64,000 nt of DNA from Deltaproteobacteria bacterium CSP1-8. GTDB taxonomy: Bacteria > Desulfobacterota > Deferrimicrobia > Deferrimicrobiales > Deferrimicrobiaceae. Every line of letters begins with the position of its first letter. Positions within the stretch are counted from its first letter, which is position 1. Shown here one piece after another: positions 8,576 through 17,612 of this stretch. The stretch covers positions 3,102 to 67,101 of the forward strand of contig LDXO01000001.1 in the NCBI GenBank assembly GCA_001443455.1. The letters run 5' to 3'. Below the pieces are notes generated by a model. It was not told the origin of the DNA, searched no databases, and saw only the letters and a list, made by a program, of their open reading frames with translations. Both the position numbers and the translations under genes were made by a program.

Positions 8576-11019
8576 CACTCCGAGAAACCGCACGAACGGC
8601 ATTTGAGGCACCCCTCCTGCATCTCGACCTGGCTGCCGCAGTCGGGGCAGGCGCCCCGCGCGATCCCGAAGTCCCCGCTGCCGAGAGCGCTCACCTGCCG
8701 GGAAGTGTTCTTCGGGTTGGCCGGGAGCGGGGATCCCTCCGGCGGCGCATTGGCGATGAATATCCTGTCGATGTTGTCGATGTACCACTCGACGGCCTTG
8801 GCCACCGCGTCCGCGCACGACATGATCTTCGCACCGTTTCCGGCCCACGCCGGGAGGTGGCACGATATCCCCTTCAGCTGCTTGACGATCATGTCGGGCT
8901 TGACCCCCGATCGGAGGGCCAGGGAGGCGAGCCTCCCGATCGCCTCGGACTGCGAGGCCGCGCATCCGCCCGCCTTCCCCATCTGGTTGAACACCTCGAA
9001 GATCCCCTTCTCGTCGCGGTTCATGGTCACGTAGATCTTTCCGCAGCTGGTCTTCATCTCCCTGGTGACCCCGAGAAGAGTGTCGGGCCGCGGGCGGGTG
9101 GAGACGTAGCCTAAGCCTCTCTCCGGGGCAGCGGGCTCCCGGGCGGAGTCCGCCCGCTTCACCTCGCCGATGTTCAGCACCTGCTCATCCCGGCTCTTGT
9201 CCCGGTAGACGGTGACTCCCTTGCACCCCAGCCGGTACGCGAGCAGATAGACCTTGCGGATGTCCTCCCGGGCCGCGTCCGAGGGAAAGTTGACCGTCTT
9301 GGACACCGCGTTGTCGACGTGCTTCTGGAAGGCGGCCTGCATCCTCAGGTGCGCCTCGGGCGAGATGTCGTGAGCCGTCACGAAGATCCTGCGCACCTCC
9401 TCCGGGATCCCCTCCACATGGCGCAGGGTCCCATTCCGGGAGATCTCCTTCATCCGCTCCTGCGAGTAGATGCCGTGCTGCTTTATCTGCGCCTCGAAAA
9501 GGGGGTGCACCTCGACGAGATGATCGTTGTCCATCACGTTGCGGATGAACGACAGGGCGAAGATGGGCTCGATGCCGCTGCTGCACCCGGTGATGATGCT
9601 GATGGTCCCTGTCGGGGCGATCGTCGTCGTGGTGGCGTTGCGCCGGGGGATCTTCCCGCTGTCCGCGAACACGCTCACGTCGTAGTTCGGGAACGGGCCC
9701 CGTTCGCGCGCCAGGTGCGACGAGGCGGCGGCCGACTCCTCCTGGACGAAGCTCATCACCTCCTGGGCAACGGCCAGGGCCTCGTCCGAGTCGTAGGGAA
9801 TGCCGAGCTTGATGAGCATATCGGCGAATCCCATCACCCCCAGCCCGACCTTCCGGTTCCCCATCGTCATCTGGCGGATCTCGGGGAGGGGGTAATGGTT
9901 CATGTCGATCACGTCGTCGAGGAACCGCATCGCGTCGTGGATCGTCTCGCGCATCTTCTCGTAATCGATCCGGATGCTCCCGTTCTCGCCCGTCACCATC
10001 CCGGAGAGGTTGATGGAGCCCAGGTTGCAGCTCTCGTAGGGTAAAAGAGGCTGCTCTCCGCACGGGTTGGTGCTCTCGATGGGGCCGAGCCCCGGGGTGG
10101 GGTTGTCCCGATTGATCCGGTCCAGGAAGATGATCCCCGGTTCCCCGTTCCGCCACGCGGCGTCCACGATCTTCTCGAACACCTCGCGGGCGGGGAGACG
10201 CGCGGCGACCGTCCGGGAGTGGGGGTTGACGAGCTCGTATTCCGCGTCCGCCTCCACCGCCTTCATGAAGTCCTCCGTGAGCGCGACGGAGATGTTGAAG
10301 TTGTTCAGGCGGTCGTTCTTCGTCTTGCAGTTGATGAACTCGAGGATGTCGGGGTGGTCGACCCGCAGGATCCCCATGTTCGCCCCCCGCCGGGTTCCCC
10401 CCTGCTTGATCGTCTCGGTCGCCGCGTCGAACACGGTCATGAAGGAAATGGGCCCCGACGAGATGCCCTTGGTGGACTTGACGACGTCGTGCTTGGGGCG
10501 CAGCCGCGAGAAGGAGAAGCCGGTACCGCCTCCGCTCTTGTGGATGAGCGCGGTGTTCTTGACCGCTTCGAAGATCGACTCCATCGAGTCGTCGACGGGC
10601 AGCACGAAGCACGCCGACAACTGCTGCAGCTCTCTCCCCGCGTTCATCAGGGTGGGGGAGTTGGGCAGGAAGTCGAGTCGGCACATCATCGCGTAGAACC
10701 TCTCCGCCCACCGGAGGACGACCTCGGGCACGGTGCCTGGGTAGCGCCCTTCCGCCGTCGCGATGTTGTAGGCCACGCGCGCGAGCATCTCCTCGGGAGT
10801 CTCCATCCTCTCCCCGGAGGGGTCCAATTTGAGGTATCGGCGCTCGAGCACCTTCCGGGCGTTCTCCGAGAGCGGCATCGGGCCGTACTTCGCCCGCATC
10901 CTTTCGGCCCACTCCTTCGGAGGGTGATCCGGAAGTTCCCTGGTTCCGGAGACCAAGGAAGTCTCCTGCTTGTCGGCCTCCGGGATGGAGGGCACGGAAA
11001 CCGAGAGGTCCAGTTTCAT
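8572..11019 (-). CDS. nrdJ: Ribonucleoside-diphosphate reductase, class II (adenosylcobalamin-dependent), monomeric NrdJ type
   Basis: 816 aa from 'MKLDLSVSV' (ATG 11019). Class II hallmarks 'CFVLPV', 'NPCGEQPL', 'GGTRRGA' and a C-terminal Zn-ribbon 'CPDCGSQ...CLKCRSCG'. Confidence 0.9.
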   Translation of the reverse strand: MKLDLSVSVPSIPEADKQETSLVSGTRELPDHPPKEWAERMRAKYGPMPLSENARKVLERRYLKLDPSGERMETPEEMLARVAYNIATAEGRYPGTVPEVVLRWAERFYAMMCRLDFLPNSPTLMNAGRELQQLSACFVLPVDDSMESIFEAVKNTALIHKSGGGTGFSFSRLRPKHDVVKSTKGISSGPISFMTVFDAATETIKQGGTRRGANMGILRVDHPDILEFINCKTKNDRLNNFNISVALTEDFMKAVEADAEYELVNPHSRTVAARLPAREVFEKIVDAAWRNGEPGIIFLDRINRDNPTPGLGPIESTNPCGEQPLLPYESCNLGSINLSGMVTGENGSIRIDYEKMRETIHDAMRFLDDVIDMNHYPLPEIRQMTMGNRKVGLGVMGFADMLIKLGIPYDSDEALAVAQEVMSFVQEESAAASSHLARERGPFPNYDVSVFADSGKIPRRNATTTTIAPTGTISIITGCSSGIEPIFALSFIRNVMDNDHLVEVHPLFEAQIKQHGIYSQERMKEISRNGTLRHVEGIPEEVRRIFVTAHDISPEAHLRMQAAFQKHVDNAVSKTVNFPSDAAREDIRKVYLLAYRLGCKGVTVYRDKSRDEQVLNIGEVKRADSAREPAAPERGLGYVSTRPRPDTLLGVTREMKTSCGKIYVTMNRDEKGIFEVFNQMGKAGGCAASQSEAIGRLASLALRSGVKPDMIVKQLKGISCHLPAWAGNGAKIMSCADAVAKAVEWYIDNIDRIFIANAPPEGSPLPANPKNTSRQVSALGSGDFGIARGACPDCGSQVEMQEGCLKCRSCGFSEC

Positions 11020-11063
11020 GGTAGCTGCTCCCTTGTAAATATTATCCCACTTTAATGATAGCG

Positions 11064-11105
11064 TATCTTGTGGTGGATGTTTATCACGCATACAAGATAT
11101 GGTGT
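11064..11105 (-). promoter_or_regulatory. Candidate NrdR-box-like operator / inverted repeat upstream of nrdJ
   Basis: 'ATACAAGATATGGTGT' (11091-11106) matches the NrdR-box consensus acaCwAtATaTwGtgt at 13/16 positions. It forms an inverted repeat 'TATCTTGT...ACAAGATA' 45-80 nt upstream of the nrdJ ATG. Only one good box was found. Confidence 0.25.
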
Positions 11106-11366
11106 CCCTGTGGGGCTGTCAAGGAAAAGGCGGGGGAAAAAGGAAAATCTTCTAACTCATCTTGGATCAGCGGCTTCCCCGAGAATAAAACAGCCATCTT
11201 TTCCGCGGACGACTCGCGGCCCTTTTCGTCTTTCCCAAAGGAGCCTCACCCGCCGGGCATATCCCGTACCGCCTCCTGACCCGACAAGGGGAGGGGGAAG
11301 AGGAGCGGGCGGAGGAAACTCTCCGCCCGACTGTCGGGGCGCACCTCTTGTCCCGGACGCACCGTG

Positions 11367-11392
11367 GAATTTTTCTACAGAATTTTTCAACA
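11367..11392. promoter_or_regulatory. AT-rich 13-bp tandem direct repeat (candidate regulator binding site) in the divergent nrdJ / cytochrome-operon intergenic region
   Basis: 'GAATTTTTCTACA' followed by 'GAATTTTTCAACA', adjacent to the perfect hairpin GGGCGGAG-gaaact-CTCCGCCC (11305-11326). Lies ~160 nt upstream of the 11550 start. The AT content is anomalous for this genome. Confidence 0.3.
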
Positions 11393-11549
11393 GAAGGCTC
11401 GGATTTCCCCCCGGGGAAGGAAATTTCGTCTTGATTCTTGGCCTTTGTTGCGTTATGTATACAGTCGACAAAACTGGTCATGGGTTGCATAAAGGGAACC
11501 GGCATTGAACCCTCCTCCAACCAATCATAGCGAAAGGAAGGGAGCGACC

Positions 11550-13601
11550 ATGTTCCCCTTGCGCCCGGGAAGAACCCGCATCGCAGGCCTCTTCGCGGCA
11601 GTGGCGGTATTTCTGGCATTTACGCCCTCTTCGCCCTGGGCCCAGGGCAATTCCGATTGCCTCGACTGCCACGGGAGTTCGGACATCCTCTCATGGTCGG
11701 CCGGGGAGAAGGCGTCGAACGTCAAGCCCGGCGGTCCGGAAAAACTCCGCCGGGGCGCCGCCCCATTCCCCGGAACCAGCCTTTTCGTCGATCCCGCTGC
11801 GTACCAGGCGTCGGTCCACGCCGACCTTTCCTGCACCGACTGCCACAAGGACGAAAAGGGGCTGCCGCACACCGCGAGCCTCCGGGTGGTGGACTGTTCG
11901 GCCTGCCATTCCGAGGCGGCCGCCGTGTATGCCAAAAGCCGGCACGTGATCGCACAAAAGAGAATGGTGGGGATCGAGGCCCCCCGCTGCCAGGATTGCC
12001 ACGGGGCGCACGCGATTCCCAAATCGACTCTTTCCACCTCCCCGGTCTATTTCCGGAACGTCGCCGCAACCTGCACAAGGTGCCACGGGAGCAAGGAGGT
12101 GATCGAGCGGGGGGGGATCGCCATCCCCGGCGCGGCGAGTATGTACGCAAAGAGCATCCACAATATCGCGATCGTGGAGAAGGGGCTGAACAAATCCGCC
12201 ACGTGCGTAGACTGCCACGGGGCCCACGCACTCAAGGACCGGTTCGACCCGTCCTCCCCCATCTACCGGACGAACGTCCCGGAGACGTGCGGGAAGTGCC
12301 ACTACGGCGTGTTCACCATTTTCCGCGAGAGCGCGCACGGAGTCGCTTTTTCCCGGGGCGTCCCCGATGCCCCCGGCTGCACCGACTGCCACGGGGAGCA
12401 CGAAATCCGCCAGGCGGCGGACCCCCGGTCCCCCGTTTCCTTCATGGCCGTCTCCGAGAAGACGTGCCCCTCGTGCCACGCCGCCGAGAGGCTGTCCGAC
12501 CGGTACGGTGTCGAGACGGGAAAGGTGAAGGGATACCGCGAGAGCTTCCACGGCCTTTCGCAGCGGCTGGGGGACAGGACGGTGGCCAACTGCGCCTCCT
12601 GCCACGGGGTGCACGAGATCTTCCCCTCCTCCGACCCGCGGTCCACGATCCACCCGAAGAACCTCCCGGTGACCTGCGGCCAGTGCCACCCCGGCGCCAC
12701 GGAGAACTTCGCCAAGGGGAACATCCATGTCGGCGCAGGCGGGATCGGGGGCGTCGTCAAGTCCTGGGTGGAGAGAATCTACATCTGGCTGATCGTCCTG
12801 GTCATCGGGGGGATGGTCCTTCACAACGGCGCCGATTATATCCGGAAGATGCAGGCCCTCTACCGGGAGAGGGCGGAAATGTGGTCGCACCCCGGATACG
12901 AGCGGCTGAACCGTTCCGAGCGGCTCCAGCACTTCCTGACGCTTTCGAGCTTCTCCGTGCTCGTGATCACCGGGTTCGCCCTCAAGTTCAAGTGGTCGAT
13001 CCCGTTCCTCTCGGCCGGGGCGAATGTCTCGCTCCGGAGCAACGGGCACCGGGCGGCAGCGCTCGTGATGGTGGGGACATCCCTCTATCATGTCTACTAC
13101 GCCGTCTTCACGGCCCGCGGGCGGGACCAGTTGGGCCGGATGATGCCCCGGTGGCAGGATGCCCTGGATGTCGTGGCGATGCTTACATTCTACGCGGGGA
13201 TCTCCGGTCACAGGCCGAAGTTCGGCCGGTACAGCTACATGGAGAAGGCCGAGTACCTGGCCCTCGTGTGGGGGACGATCGTGATGATCGTCACGGGGTT
13301 CATGCTCTGGTTCGAGAACGAGACGCTCAAGCGGATCCCGATGTGGGGGCTGGACGTCGCCACCCTGATTCACTACTACGAGGCGATCCTGGCCACCCTG
13401 GCCATCTTCGTCTGGCACCTCTACTACGTGATCATCAACCCGGACTTCGCCCCCATGTCGCTCACCTGGATCGACGGGAAGATCTCCCGCCACCACATGG
13501 AGCACGAGCATCCCCTCGAACTCGAGGAGATCGAGGAGAGGGAGGCGCGCGGGGAGGGAGCCGTGCCGGGATCGACCATCCTGCTGACGGAGGAGAAATG
13601 A
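11550..13601 (+). CDS. CbcL-like fusion: periplasmic 11-heme cytochrome c domain fused to a C-terminal FdnI/HydC-type dihaem cytochrome b membrane domain
   Basis: Start 'MFPLRPGRTRIAGLFAAVAVFLAF' (signal peptide) with RBS 'aaggaaggga'. 11 CxxCH motifs (CLDCH, CTDCH, CSACH, CQDCH, CTRCH, CVDCH, CGKCH, CTDCH, CPSCH, CASCH, CGQCH). Five TM helices follow, with conserved His in TM helices ('LHNG', 'LQHFL', 'YHVYY', 'WHLYY'). Confidence 0.8.
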   Translation: MFPLRPGRTRIAGLFAAVAVFLAFTPSSPWAQGNSDCLDCHGSSDILSWSAGEKASNVKPGGPEKLRRGAAPFPGTSLFVDPAAYQASVHADLSCTDCHKDEKGLPHTASLRVVDCSACHSEAAAVYAKSRHVIAQKRMVGIEAPRCQDCHGAHAIPKSTLSTSPVYFRNVAATCTRCHGSKEVIERGGIAIPGAASMYAKSIHNIAIVEKGLNKSATCVDCHGAHALKDRFDPSSPIYRTNVPETCGKCHYGVFTIFRESAHGVAFSRGVPDAPGCTDCHGEHEIRQAADPRSPVSFMAVSEKTCPSCHAAERLSDRYGVETGKVKGYRESFHGLSQRLGDRTVANCASCHGVHEIFPSSDPRSTIHPKNLPVTCGQCHPGATENFAKGNIHVGAGGIGGVVKSWVERIYIWLIVLVIGGMVLHNGADYIRKMQALYRERAEMWSHPGYERLNRSERLQHFLTLSSFSVLVITGFALKFKWSIPFLSAGANVSLRSNGHRAAALVMVGTSLYHVYYAVFTARGRDQLGRMMPRWQDALDVVAMLTFYAGISGHRPKFGRYSYMEKAEYLALVWGTIVMIVTGFMLWFENETLKRIPMWGLDVATLIHYYEAILATLAIFVWHLYYVIINPDFAPMSLTWIDGKISRHHMEHEHPLELEEIEEREARGEGAVPGSTILLTEEK

Positions 13602-14854
13602 ACCCGTTGCGATCGTTCCTTTTTACGGTTCTCCTGGCGGCCGCGGGAGCCGGCCTGGCCGCGACGGCGGATGCCGGTCCCACGGTTACGGATTGCCTGG
13701 ACTGCCACGGTGACGCGACGATCGAGAAATCTTTTCCCGACGGGAAGACCCTGTCGCTGTTCGTCGACGAGAAGGAGTTCAGGCAGTCGGTCCACGGAAA
13801 GGGGACGTGCATGTCGTGCCACCCCGACGCGAAGGCCCCTCACGGGAAGCTGGGGGCGGTCACGTGCGGAAAGTGCCACCCCGACGCGGAGAAGTCGTAC
13901 TCCCAGAGCACCCACGGGTTGGTGCACGCGAAGGGAGTCCAGGACGTCCCGGGGTGCGACGACTGCCACGGCAGGCACGATATCCGCAAAGCGCAGGACC
14001 CGAAGGGGCGCACCTTCCGGCTCAACGTCGTCGAGGCCTGCCTTACGTGCCACGAGGACAAGGTGATCGAGGAGAGGTACGGGCTTCCCGACCAGAAGGT
14101 GATGGCGGCCTACCGGGAGAGCGTCCACGGGAGGGCCCAGAAAAAATCCGGCCTCTTGGGCGCCGCGGTCTGCCCGGACTGCCACGGGAACCACATGATC
14201 CTCCCCGGGGACCAGCCGCGTTCCGCCACCCACCGGCAGAACATCCCGACGCTGTGCGGGAAGTGCCACTCCGGCATCCTGGAGGAGTACGAGCGCTCCG
14301 TGCACGGGAAAGGGATGCGCGCGGGGATCGCGGAATCCCCGGTGTGCACCGACTGCCACGGCGAACACTCGATCACGAAGATCACCGACCCCGAGTCGAA
14401 GGTGTACGTGAAGAACATCCCGAGGACCTGCACGGCGTGCCACGGGAACGAGGCGATCGCCACGCGGTACGCCTTGCCGAAGAAGCGGTTCTCCACCTAC
14501 ATGGACTCGTTCCACGGGGTCGCCCTCGAGTACGGCATGACCACGGTGGCGAACTGCGCCTCGTGCCACGGGTTCCACGGGATCCTTCCGTCGTCGGACC
14601 CCGCCTCGTCCGTCAGCAAGGCGAACCTTCCGAAGACGTGCGGGAAGTGCCACCCCAACGCGGGGGCGAACTTCGCCAAGGGGTATGTCCACGTGGAGGT
14701 GACCCCCCAGAAGGCGATGGGCGTGTTCGTCGTCCGTGTCTTCTACACGATCTTCATCGGCACGCTCGTCATCCTGTTCGTCCTCCATATCGGTATGGAC
14801 CTCCTGGGAAGGCGCCGGCGCGGCGAACCGAAAACGGGAGGGACGAAGGAGTAA
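13598..14854 (+). CDS. Periplasmic 11-heme cytochrome c with C-terminal TM anchor (paralog of the c domain of 11550..13601)
   Basis: ATGA overlap with the upstream stop. Signal peptide 'LFTVLLAAAGAGLAATADA'. 11 CxxCH motifs. The C-terminal block 'VANCASCHGFHGILPSSDP...TCGKCHPNAGANFAKGYVHV' is conserved in all three c-type paralogs. TM anchor 'VFYTIFIGTLVILFVLHIG'. Confidence 0.8.
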   Translation: MNPLRSFLFTVLLAAAGAGLAATADAGPTVTDCLDCHGDATIEKSFPDGKTLSLFVDEKEFRQSVHGKGTCMSCHPDAKAPHGKLGAVTCGKCHPDAEKSYSQSTHGLVHAKGVQDVPGCDDCHGRHDIRKAQDPKGRTFRLNVVEACLTCHEDKVIEERYGLPDQKVMAAYRESVHGRAQKKSGLLGAAVCPDCHGNHMILPGDQPRSATHRQNIPTLCGKCHSGILEEYERSVHGKGMRAGIAESPVCTDCHGEHSITKITDPESKVYVKNIPRTCTACHGNEAIATRYALPKKRFSTYMDSFHGVALEYGMTTVANCASCHGFHGILPSSDPASSVSKANLPKTCGKCHPNAGANFAKGYVHVEVTPQKAMGVFVVRVFYTIFIGTLVILFVLHIGMDLLGRRRRGEPKTGGTKE

Positions 14855-14859
14855 CCCCG

Positions 14860-15555
14860 ATGAGCGAAGAATCCCGCAACCCGGTGTACGTGGAGCGCAT
14901 GTCGGTGCTGTTTCGCATGCAGCACATGCTGTTGATCATCTCCCTCCTGGTCCTTGCCGTGACCGGTTTCGCGCTGATGTACCACGAGAACCGGCTGGCG
15001 CAGGCCCTGATCAGCCTGGAAGGCGGGGTGCTGTACCGTGGGATCATCCACCGCGTCGCCGCCGTGTTCCTGATGGCCCAGCTGGTCTACCACGCCTTCT
15101 ACATGCTTTTTTCCCGCGAGGGGAAACGGGAGCTCAACGAGGTCTGGCTCTCGCGGCGGGATTTCGACGACTTTCTCCAGGCGATGCGGTACAACCTGCG
15201 GATGGGCAACGAATACCCGCGGTTCGGGAAATACGGGTACAAGGAGAAGTTCCAGTACTGGGGGGCCACGACCGGCGTCTTCCTCATCTCCGTGACCGGG
15301 GTCATCCTCTGGGCGGAGACCTTCTCGATGAGGTTCCTCCCCAAGTTCGTCCTGGACCTGACCCTGATCATCCACGGGTACCAGGGGCTGCTCATTTTCG
15401 TCGTCCTTCTGTTCTGGCACCTCTACATCGTCCACCTGCACCCGTCCGTATTCCCGATGAACATGGCGTGGCTTACGGGCAAGGTGGACGCCGAGTGGCT
15501 CCGGGAGGAGCACCCGCTCGAATATGAAAAACTCAAAGGAGAAGGGATCCTATGA
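14860..15555 (+). CDS. FdnI/HydC-like dihaem cytochrome b (membrane partner of the 13598..14854 product)
   Basis: 231 aa. 4 TM helices with conserved His ('RMQHML', 'YHAFYML', 'IIHGY', 'WHLYIVH'). C-terminal 'EHPLEYE' motif shared with the other two b units. Starts 6 nt after the upstream stop. Confidence 0.75.
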   Translation: MSEESRNPVYVERMSVLFRMQHMLLIISLLVLAVTGFALMYHENRLAQALISLEGGVLYRGIIHRVAAVFLMAQLVYHAFYMLFSREGKRELNEVWLSRRDFDDFLQAMRYNLRMGNEYPRFGKYGYKEKFQYWGATTGVFLISVTGVILWAETFSMRFLPKFVLDLTLIIHGYQGLLIFVVLLFWHLYIVHLHPSVFPMNMAWLTGKVDAEWLREEHPLEYEKLKGEGIL

Positions 15556-16616
15556 GGGGGAAGTTCCTCGCAGCGATGATCGTCATCGCCCTGGGGGTCG
15601 GAGCCCGGGGATTTTTCTCCCCCGCGGACGCCAGGGTTTCGCTCGAAAAGTGCACCCTCTGCCACGGAAAGCCCGAGTTCCGGAAGATCCTCGTCGACGG
15701 GAAGATCCGGGACCTGTTGGCGACGGGGGAGACCCTGAAGGGATCCGTTCACGAGAAGAAGACGTGCGTGGACTGCCATTTCGACGTGAGCGAGATTCCC
15801 CACCGCCAGCGCCCCAAGCGCGTGGTCTGCACCCACTGCCACTACAAGGGAAACGCCGAAGGGGCCCCGCAGTCGGACGCCTACCTGGAGTATTTCGGGT
15901 CGGTCCACGGCACGGCGATCGCCCGGGGGAACACGAAGGCCCCCTTATGCCAGGATTGCCACGGAAGCCACGCCATCCGCAAGGCGAAGGACCCGGCGTC
16001 GGCGGTGGCCCGCCGGGGCGTCGCAGAGACCTGCGGACGCTGCCACATCGAGATCTACGCCCAGTACAAGACCTCGATCCACGGCGTGGCGCTGTCCAAG
16101 CAGATCACGGAGGCCCCGTCATGCACCGGGTGCCACGGGGAGCACAAGATCTACGGGCACAAGGATCCGAAGTCCACCGTATTCGCGACCCACGTCGCGG
16201 AGCAGTGCTCGACGTGCCACGCCTCGGTCGCGATCATGAGCAAGTTCGGCATCGACTCCGAGCAGGTGACGACGTACCAGAACTCGTTCCACGGCGTGGC
16301 GAGCAAATTCGGCTCCCGGACCGTGGCCAACTGCGCCTCCTGCCACGGGATCCACGACATCCGCCCGCCGGAGGACCCGCTCTCGATGGTCAACCCGAAG
16401 AACGTTCCCGCCACCTGCGGGAAATGCCACCCGGGAGCGAACCCCAACTTCGCCGTGGGGAAGATGCACGTCGACTCCCACAAGAAGGAGTCCGGGGTCA
16501 TCTATTACACCGCTCTGTTCTTCAAATACCTCACGATCGGCACCATGCTCGCCCTCATCGCGCACATCTTCCTCGACATGTACGGGCGGTCAAAACGATT
16601 GCGCGGGGAGCGATAG
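15552..16616 (+). CDS. Periplasmic 9-heme cytochrome c with C-terminal TM anchor (third c-type paralog)
   Basis: ATGA start/stop overlap. Signal peptide 'FLAAMIVIALGVGARG'. 9 CxxCH motifs (CTLCH, CVDCH, CTHCH, CQDCH, CGRCH, CTGCH, CSTCH, CASCH, CGKCH). TM anchor 'LFFKYLTIGTMLALIAHIF'. Confidence 0.8.
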   Translation: MRGKFLAAMIVIALGVGARGFFSPADARVSLEKCTLCHGKPEFRKILVDGKIRDLLATGETLKGSVHEKKTCVDCHFDVSEIPHRQRPKRVVCTHCHYKGNAEGAPQSDAYLEYFGSVHGTAIARGNTKAPLCQDCHGSHAIRKAKDPASAVARRGVAETCGRCHIEIYAQYKTSIHGVALSKQITEAPSCTGCHGEHKIYGHKDPKSTVFATHVAEQCSTCHASVAIMSKFGIDSEQVTTYQNSFHGVASKFGSRTVANCASCHGIHDIRPPEDPLSMVNPKNVPATCGKCHPGANPNFAVGKMHVDSHKKESGVIYYTALFFKYLTIGTMLALIAHIFLDMYGRSKRLRGER

Positions 16617-16670
16617 AAGAGTCGCCGCCGATGCCTCTTGGACGAAAACCGGTAGCGGGGGAGTGAACGA

Positions 16671-17612
16671 ATGTCCGTGGACGAGAAGAAGAATTCGAAG
16701 AGGGAAACCCTGGAACAGGAGATCGAGGCCGCCGTAGCCGAGGGGACCGCCGACCTCGAGCCCTCCGAGGCGGAGAAGATCCGGGAGAAGGTCCGCGCCC
16801 GCGTCCTCGAGGAAGTGGAACGGGAGAGACGCATCCGCACGGCTGCGGAACGCAGGGCGGAGGAGCGCAGACGCCGCGAGGAGAAGCGGCGGGAGAAGCA
16901 CCCCGAGGAAGGGGAGATGTTCCAGCGGTTCAACCGGAACTTCCGTTTTCAGCACATCGTGATGTTCACCTCGGTCATCCTCCTGATCATCACCGGGATG
17001 CCGATCAAGTTCCCCGACTTCGTCCTGTCCCGGTTCCTGGTGAACCTGTGGGGCGGGTTCCACAACTCCACGATCGTGCACCGGATCGGCGCGGGCATGC
17101 TCATCTACTTCATGGTGCACCACCTCTTCTACACGGTGCTCTCCCGGCAGGGGCGGCGCGATTTCGTGCTCCTGATCCCCACCCCCAAGGACGCGAGGGA
17201 CCTGGTGCAGAACATCCGGCATTTCCTGGGGAAGGTCCCGGAGAAACCGAGGTTCGGCCGGTTCAGCTACATCGAGAAATTCGACTACTGGGCCGTCTAC
17301 TGGGGATGCGTCATCATGATCGGCTCGGGGCTCTTCCTCTGGGGGGAATCGATCGCCCTCAAGTATTTCCCCAAGTACATCCTGGACGTCGCCCACGAGA
17401 TGCACAGCGACGAGGCGATGCTGGCCACGCTGGCCATCGTCATCTGGCACTTCTACAACGTCCACTTCAACCCGGACCGGTTCCCCGGGACGCTGATGTG
17501 GTGGCACGGGGAGATCTCGGAGCATGAGATGAAGGAGGAGCACCCGCTCGAATACGAGGAGATGATGGCGAAGCGTTCCAAGCAGGAGGCGGCGGAGGTG
17601 ACCAACCGATGA
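16671..17612 (+). CDS. FdnI/HydC-like dihaem cytochrome b with an ~85-aa Glu/Arg-rich coiled-coil N-terminal extension
   Basis: 313 aa. N-terminus 'EERRRREEKRREKHPEEGE' is a low-complexity ER-rich stretch. It is followed by 4 TM helices with conserved His and a C-terminal 'EHPLEYEEMM' motif. Confidence 0.75.
   Translation: MSVDEKKNSKRETLEQEIEAAVAEGTADLEPSEAEKIREKVRARVLEEVERERRIRTAAERRAEERRRREEKRREKHPEEGEMFQRFNRNFRFQHIVMFTSVILLIITGMPIKFPDFVLSRFLVNLWGGFHNSTIVHRIGAGMLIYFMVHHLFYTVLSRQGRRDFVLLIPTPKDARDLVQNIRHFLGKVPEKPRFGRFSYIEKFDYWAVYWGCVIMIGSGLFLWGESIALKYFPKYILDVAHEMHSDEAMLATLAIVIWHFYNVHFNPDRFPGTLMWWHGEISEHEMKEEHPLEYEEMMAKRSKQEAAEVTNR

Noticed and set aside
9185-10912. 575-aa minus-strand ORF inside nrdJ
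   Set aside because: Alternative frame within the nrdJ coding region. Arg/Gly/Pro-rich with no motifs.
11477-11493. Sigma-54-like -24/-12 element 'TGGTCATGGGTTGCA' upstream of the cytochrome operon
   Set aside because: The GG-to-GC spacing is one nucleotide short of the rigid sigma-54 consensus (TGGCACG-N4-TTGC). Not claimed.
11657-14854. 1065-aa plus-strand ORF overlapping two cytochrome genes
   Set aside because: Only its last ~418 aa (from 13598) are in the real frame of the 11-heme gene. The upstream part is an alternative frame of the CbcL-like gene with R/G/P-rich nonsense. Similar shadow ORFs were also discarded: 11691..13511(-), 13424..14788(-), 17453..19654(-), 17632..19503(+), 19667..22045(+), 19941..20993(-), 21220..22686(+), 55605..58877(-), 55874..59020(+).
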